In this document: positions 34,065-38,513 of the stretch, piece by piece | Position numbering within the stretch: position 1 is the first letter of the stretch | Layout of the letters: each line of letters opens with the position of its first letter | DNA from: a bacterium | GTDB lineage: Bacteria > Nitrospinota_A > UBA7883 > JACRGQ01 | NCBI GenBank assembly: GCA_021815535.1 | Contig: JAKAGL010000001.1 | Location: forward strand, 1 to 38,513 | Direction of reading: 5' to 3' | Length of the DNA: 38,513 nt | Translations under genes and position numbers: made by a program | Notes under the pieces: generated by a model | The model's input: only the letters and a program-made list of their open reading frames with translations | Database searches by the model: none | What the model was told of the DNA's origin: nothing

Positions 34065-34732
34065 TGTTCGAATTTATTTTCAAAAAGACCATCGGCAAAC
34101 CGGCGCCGGAGGGGTGCGCGGTGATTCGCGGCCTTTTGGACCGCTTGATCGAATACGCCTCGGAACCCCGCTTTGCGGAGAGCCTCAACGCGGCGCGGGA
34201 ACTCTTTTACGCCAAAGCGGGAAAAACCAACGAGGACGATCCCGATTTCATCCAGCGGATGAATACGTTTCTTGAATGGTTTATTTTTGATTACCGCCCC
34301 GAAGGGGCCGGCACCCGTTCGGTGTATGACAAATTTCTTGATGAGAAGCGGAGAGAAACAAGCTCCGCCGATATGATCAATTGGATCGCGCTCTCCCGCC
34401 AGGTGCACTCGATGTTTTTGATCAAATCGTGCACCGGCGGGATCATCTCCGTGCGCGACCTTTCGGGGCGGCGCAACTATATTGTTACCGGTGACGATCA
34501 TCTGGAAGCGGGAGATATCCTGGAAAGCCGTATTATCTGCATTGGCAAAGGATGTTTCTTCACTTACACCCACGTGCTGCACCCTAAGACGGCATTGCGG
34601 CCGATTCGTGCGGAATTGAAGAAATACAGAAATAAACCGCTGGGTGAGGAACTGTTTTTCAAATTGCAGGGGATGCAGTTGAAGTGGCGCCGTTTTCGGC
34701 AGATCAGCATTGAAGATATTTACAGGATGTGA
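34064..34732 (+). CDS. Hypothetical protein encoded between carA and carB
   Basis: 222-aa ORF. Its ATG shares one nt with the carA TGA (TGATG), and its stop lies 3 nt before the carB GTG. Composition is like its neighbours. I recognise no family. Confidence 0.7.
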   Translation: MFEFIFKKTIGKPAPEGCAVIRGLLDRLIEYASEPRFAESLNAARELFYAKAGKTNEDDPDFIQRMNTFLEWFIFDYRPEGAGTRSVYDKFLDEKRRETSSADMINWIALSRQVHSMFLIKSCTGGIISVRDLSGRRNYIVTGDDHLEAGDILESRIICIGKGCFFTYTHVLHPKTALRPIRAELKKYRNKPLGEELFFKLQGMQLKWRRFRQISIEDIYRM

Positions 34733-34735
34733 CCG

Positions 34736-37700
34736 GTGCCAAAACGAAATGATATCCGGAGCGTGTTGATAATCGGGGCCGGCCCCATTGTGATCGGCCA
34801 GGCGTGCGAATTCGATTACTCGGGCACGCAGGCCGCCAAGGCGCTGATGGAAGAGGGGATCCGCGTGATTCTCGCCAACAGCAATCCGGCCACCATCATG
34901 ACCGATCCGCAGTTCGCCCACCGCACGTATGTGGAACCGCTGACGGTAGATATGCTGACAAAGATCATCAAACGCGAACGCCCCGATGCGGTGCTTCCCA
35001 CCGTTGGCGGCCAAACGGCGCTCAATCTCGCCGTTGATCTGGCCAAGAGCGGTGTGCTGCAGCAATACAATGTGGAGATGATCGGGGCTAACCTGGAGGC
35101 GATTAAGCGTGCCGAAGACCGCTCGCTTTTTAAACAGGCAATGGTGGAGATCGGCCTCAATGTGCCGCGCTCGGGCTTCGCCAATACGTTTGAAAAGGCG
35201 ATGGAGGTGATCGAACATGTGGGCCTTCCCTGCATCATCCGCCCTTCGTTCACCCTCGGCGGGCAGGGCGGCGGCGTGGCGGATACCCGCGACGATTTCA
35301 TCGAAAAGGCGAAATGGGGGCTCGCGCAAAGCCCCATCAGCGAGATTATGATCGAGCAGTCGCTACTCGGCTGGAAGGAATTCGAGCTGGAAGTGATGCG
35401 CGACCGCAAGGATAACGTCGTCATCGTCTGCTCCATCGAAAATCTAGATCCCATGGGGGTGCACACCGGCGATAGCATAACGGTGGCCCCCGCGCAGACG
35501 CTCACCGACCGCGAATATCAGATGATGCGCGACTCGGCTCTCAAGATTATCCGCAAGATTGGGGTGGATACTGGCGGCAGCAACATCCAGTACGCGGTGA
35601 ATCCCGTCAACGGAGAGTTGCAGATCATTGAGATGAATCCGCGCGTATCGCGCAGTTCGGCCCTTGCCAGCAAAGCCACCGGCTTTCCCATAGCGCGCAT
35701 CGCGGCAAAGCTTTCCATCGGCTACACGCTGGATGAGATCGCCAACGACATCACGAAGAAAACGTGGGCCGCGTTCGAGCCCTCCATTGATTATTGCGTT
35801 ACCAAAATCCCGCGTTTCGACTTTGAAAAGTTTCCGCAGGCCGAGGCGCTGCTCAGTTCGCAGATGAAATCGGTTGGAGAGGCGATGGCGATTGGCCGCA
35901 CTTTCAAAGAGTCTTTGCAAAAAGCCCTCCGTTCGATGGAAACCGGTATAGACGGGCTGACCGAAGTGGCTACCACACCGGAAGAATTACGGAAAAAACT
36001 GAGGACTTCCTATCCGTTCCGCATTCTGGGAGTGGCTCAAGCATTCCGTTTCGGATGGAGTATTGAGGATGTCCATGCCCTTACGTCCATCGATTCCTGG
36101 TTTCTCGATAACATAAAGGAGATTGTGGAAGCCGAGGCGGCATTGAAAGCGGGCGGACTCCCTGCAACGGTTGACGCGATGCGGGCGTATAAGCAGATGG
36201 GTTTCGGCGACCGGCGGCTCGCCGCTCTTTGCGGCGTGAAGGAATCCGCCGTGCGTGAGAGACGGCTGGCCCTGAATGTCCGGCCCGTCTATAAACGGAT
36301 CGATACCTGTGCGGCGGAATTCGAGGCGCTTACCCCCTACATGTATTCCACCTACGAGGAGGAGTGTGAGTCCGAGCCGACATCTAAAAAGAAAATCATG
36401 ATTCTCGGCGGCGGCCCCAACCGCATCGGGCAGGGAATTGAATTCGACTATTGTTGTGTGCATGGTGTTTTCGCCCTTAAGGAGGCCGGATACGAAACCA
36501 TCATGGTTAATTGCAATCCAGAAACCGTCTCTACTGATTTCGATACGGCTGACCGGCTTTATTTCGAGCCGCTCACTCTTGAAGATGTTCTGGAAATTGT
36601 GGAAAAGGAAAAACCGGTTGGCGTTATCGTTCAATTCGGGGGCCAAACACCGCTGAAGCTCGCGGTGCCGCTGGAAAAGGCTGGCGTTCCGATTATCGGT
36701 ACCACGCCGGATGCCATCGACCGCGCGGAGGATCGCAAACGTTTTCAGGAAGTCGTTGCCAGGTTGGGGCTCAAGCAGCCCGAAAACGGCACGGCCATAA
36801 ATAAATCCGAAGCGGTTGCCGTTTGCAACCGGGTTGGTTATCCGGTGGTGGTGCGCCCTTCGTATGTGTTGGGCGGCCGTGCAATGGAAATCGTATACGA
36901 CGAGGAATCGCTTACGCGGTACATGGAAAACGCGGTGAAGGTATCGCATGAACGGCCAGTGCTCATAGATAAATTCCTGAACGACAGCACCGAAGTTGAT
37001 GTGGACGCCGTCCGCGACGGCAGGTTGACGGTCGTGGGGGGCGTCATGCAGCATATTGAAGAAGCGGGCATCCATAGCGGCGACAGCGCATGTTCATTGC
37101 CGCCACGGGATCTGCCGCAAAAAATAATTGATGAGATCTGCATTCAAACGAAGAAACTGGCTGACGAACTGAACGTGATCGGCCTTCTTAATATTCAGTT
37201 TGCGGTTAAAGGGAGTGACGTGTACGTCCTCGAAGTAAATCCGCGTGCCTCGCGCACCGTGCCGTTCGTGGCCAAGGCGACGGGCGTGCCGCTGGCCAAG
37301 ATCGCGGCGCGGGTGATGGCCGGCGAAACGTTGGCCGACCTCGATTTCATCAGCCAAAAAATGCCCAAGCATATAAGTGTCAAGGAAGCGGTGTTCCCGT
37401 TCATTAAATTCGCAGGGGTGGATGTTATTCTCGGCCCGGAGATGAAATCAACCGGCGAAGTGATGGGGATAGATTGGAATTTTGGATCGGCATTCGCGCG
37501 GGCAACCCTCGGCTCCGGCTCCAAGATTCCGCGCAGTGGAAAAGCTTTTCTTTCCGTCGCGGAGTATGACAAAAAGGCCATGGTGCAGGTTGGCCGGGGC
37601 CTTGTGGAACTGGGCTTTACACTAGTGGCTACGAGGGGAACCGGCGCGGCTCTTAAAAAAGCGGGTTTGGCTGCAGAAATTGTTAATAAAGTCAAAGATG

Positions 37701-37933
37701 GTTCGCCACATATCGTCGAAATGATGGAAACAGGGCAGATAGCGCTGGTGGTGAATACCACATTCGGCAAGCAGGCGATCCTCGACAGCCAATCGATCCG
37801 CCGCACGGCGCTGAATCTCAACATCCCTTACACGACCACTCTTGCCGGGGCGCATTCGTACGTTGCCGCCATCAAGGCCATGAGCCAAGGTGAGATGGAG
37901 GTTCGGTCGCTGCAAGAGTACCATGCGCCGTAA
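34736..37933 (+). CDS. carB: Carbamoyl-phosphate synthase large subunit
   Basis: 1065 aa with duplicated ATP-grasp halves ([19 protein letters not shown] / [18 protein letters not shown]) and a C-terminal MGS-like domain. GTG start. Confidence 0.95.
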   Translation: MPKRNDIRSVLIIGAGPIVIGQACEFDYSGTQAAKALMEEGIRVILANSNPATIMTDPQFAHRTYVEPLTVDMLTKIIKRERPDAVLPTVGGQTALNLAVDLAKSGVLQQYNVEMIGANLEAIKRAEDRSLFKQAMVEIGLNVPRSGFANTFEKAMEVIEHVGLPCIIRPSFTLGGQGGGVADTRDDFIEKAKWGLAQSPISEIMIEQSLLGWKEFELEVMRDRKDNVVIVCSIENLDPMGVHTGDSITVAPAQTLTDREYQMMRDSALKIIRKIGVDTGGSNIQYAVNPVNGELQIIEMNPRVSRSSALASKATGFPIARIAAKLSIGYTLDEIANDITKKTWAAFEPSIDYCVTKIPRFDFEKFPQAEALLSSQMKSVGEAMAIGRTFKESLQKALRSMETGIDGLTEVATTPEELRKKLRTSYPFRILGVAQAFRFGWSIEDVHALTSIDSWFLDNIKEIVEAEAALKAGGLPATVDAMRAYKQMGFGDRRLAALCGVKESAVRERRLALNVRPVYKRIDTCAAEFEALTPYMYSTYEEECESEPTSKKKIMILGGGPNRIGQGIEFDYCCVHGVFALKEAGYETIMVNCNPETVSTDFDTADRLYFEPLTLEDVLEIVEKEKPVGVIVQFGGQTPLKLAVPLEKAGVPIIGTTPDAIDRAEDRKRFQEVVARLGLKQPENGTAINKSEAVAVCNRVGYPVVVRPSYVLGGRAMEIVYDEESLTRYMENAVKVSHERPVLIDKFLNDSTEVDVDAVRDGRLTVVGGVMQHIEEAGIHSGDSACSLPPRDLPQKIIDEICIQTKKLADELNVIGLLNIQFAVKGSDVYVLEVNPRASRTVPFVAKATGVPLAKIAARVMAGETLADLDFISQKMPKHISVKEAVFPFIKFAGVDVILGPEMKSTGEVMGIDWNFGSAFARATLGSGSKIPRSGKAFLSVAEYDKKAMVQVGRGLVELGFTLVATRGTGAALKKAGLAAEIVNKVKDGSPHIVEMMETGQIALVVNTTFGKQAILDSQSIRRTALNLNIPYTTTLAGAHSYVAAIKAMSQGEMEVRSLQEYHAP

Positions 37934-38513
37934 CACCGCAGTTCTTGCGGCTTTTTTCTTTCTACTGACCTCTCTTCCTTCTTTTGCCGAGACCATCTCC
38001 GATGATTGGATGGAACTCCAGATGAACGGCAAGAAAATCGGCTTCTCGCACCAGAAGGTGACTGAGGATTCCACCGGCTATCGCATAGAAAGCAAGGCAG
38101 TGATAAAAATGGAGATGGGCGGAGCAGAACAGGATCTTAGCACCAGCAGCGCTTATTTTCTTGATGGGCAATTCCGGCCCCTGCGGTTTACCTATATGCA
38201 GAAAATGCTCAATCACCGTCAATTTTTTGAAGGGGTGGTTCATGGCAACGAGATGGCTGTCACCGTAGAGTCGGCGGGTGCGGTCAGCCACAAAACCGTG
38301 CCGCTGGATGATCAGGTCTATGTGGCCGACACGATGTCCCTCTTGTTGGGGAAAAAGAAGCTTCAAGGCGGTGAAAAGTTTTCGTTCCGTGTTTTTCTGG
38401 AGCCGTTGCTTGCTTCTGAAACGATGAGCGTCGAAGTCGGCAAACTTATGGACATTGATGTGGACGGGCAGAGCGCGAAGGTGTTTCCCGTTACCATGAA
38501 GCTAAAAGGATTT
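37923..38513 (+). CDS. Secreted hypothetical protein (5' partial view; continues beyond the window)
   Basis: The ATG at 37923 lies inside the last codons of carB in another frame. The frame stays open for 197 codons to the window end. The signal peptide is [24 protein letters not shown]. It is absent from the ORF track, presumably because no stop is reached. Confidence 0.6.
   Translation, partial: MRRNTAVLAAFFFLLTSLPSFAETISDDWMELQMNGKKIGFSHQKVTEDSTGYRIESKAVIKMEMGGAEQDLSTSSAYFLDGQFRPLRFTYMQKMLNHRQFFEGVVHGNEMAVTVESAGAVSHKTVPLDDQVYVADTMSLLLGKKKLQGGEKFSFRVFLEPLLASETMSVEVGKLMDIDVDGQSAKVFPVTMKLKGF

Noticed and set aside
33905-35329. Very long antisense ORFs opposite well-supported genes. Examples: 474 aa at 33905-35329 (-), 403 aa at 15467-16678 (+), 362 aa at 35987-37075 (-), 322 aa at 32574-33542 (-), 313 aa at 31729-32670 (-), 312 aa at 27899-28837 (-), 297 aa at 14253-15146 (+), 281 aa at 21186-22031 (+) and 267 aa at 23562-24365 (-).
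   Set aside because: Each lies fully opposite a gene with unmistakable family motifs (carA/carB, pyrC, GT2, radical SAM, ROK and others). Their translations are Arg/Gly/Pro/His-rich with no recognisable motifs. This is the usual shadow-ORF effect in GC-rich DNA.
37962-38366. A 134-aa minus-strand ORF listed in the track downstream of carB.
   Set aside because: The plus strand carries an uninterrupted frame with a clear signal peptide from 37923 to the window end. The minus ORF has no SD and no motifs.

Overview
Moderately GC-rich bacterial chromosomal segment. Bacterial hallmarks are TonB, TatC, PyrR, a lipobox lipoprotein and REP/RAYT elements; I cannot assign a taxon from sequence alone. 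Coding density is high, and many gene junctions overlap by 1-17 nt (ATGA, GTGA, TGATG and a few longer overlaps), which indicates operons.

Gene order:
- 10-1550 (-): metV-metF, folate-linked C1 reduction.
- 1778-3655 (+): a four-CBS-domain protein and an ATPase-like protein with no recognisable P-loop.
- 3671-5787 (-): a response-regulator/class III nucleotide cyclase next to a cNMP-binding-fold protein.
- 5997-6072 (-): tRNA-Lys(CUU).
- 6184-9229 (-): an isolated Ftr/FhcD-like plus shortened FwdA/FhcA-like pair, overlapping a TonB-C-domain gene.
- 9424-11163 (+): tatC-pyrF-acyP.
- 11301-12062 (+): a secreted tandem cytochrome c'-like dihaem protein.
- 12055-23524: a glycan-modification locus with three glycosyltransferases, a long-form UDP-galactopyranose-mutase-like flavoenzyme, two SAM methyltransferases, an SDR epimerase-like protein and three radical SAM enzymes (one B12-binding, two tandem SPASM/twitch paralogs).
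- 23622-25447 (+): a ROK kinase and a YwiC-like membrane protein.
- 25682-29038 (+): a 1118-aa lipoprotein with a Gly/Thr mucin-like stalk and no domain I recognise.
- 29094-29958: a REPtron, meaning an IS200-like Y1 (RAYT) transposase flanked by GTAG-headed palindromic REP arrays.
- 30052-37933 (+): a pyrimidine operon, pyrR-pyrB-pyrC-carA-orf-carB, with a PyrR-box-like leader and an unknown gene wedged between carA and carB.
- 37923-38513 (+): a partial secreted-protein gene running off the window.

The best candidates for undescribed biology are the radical-SAM-rich glycan locus, possibly linked to the adjacent giant lipoprotein, and the orphan Ftr/FwdA pair. Smaller candidates are the cyclase with Glu/Ala specificity residues and the carA-orf-carB insertion.

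All functional calls rest on reading motifs by eye. No database search was run.
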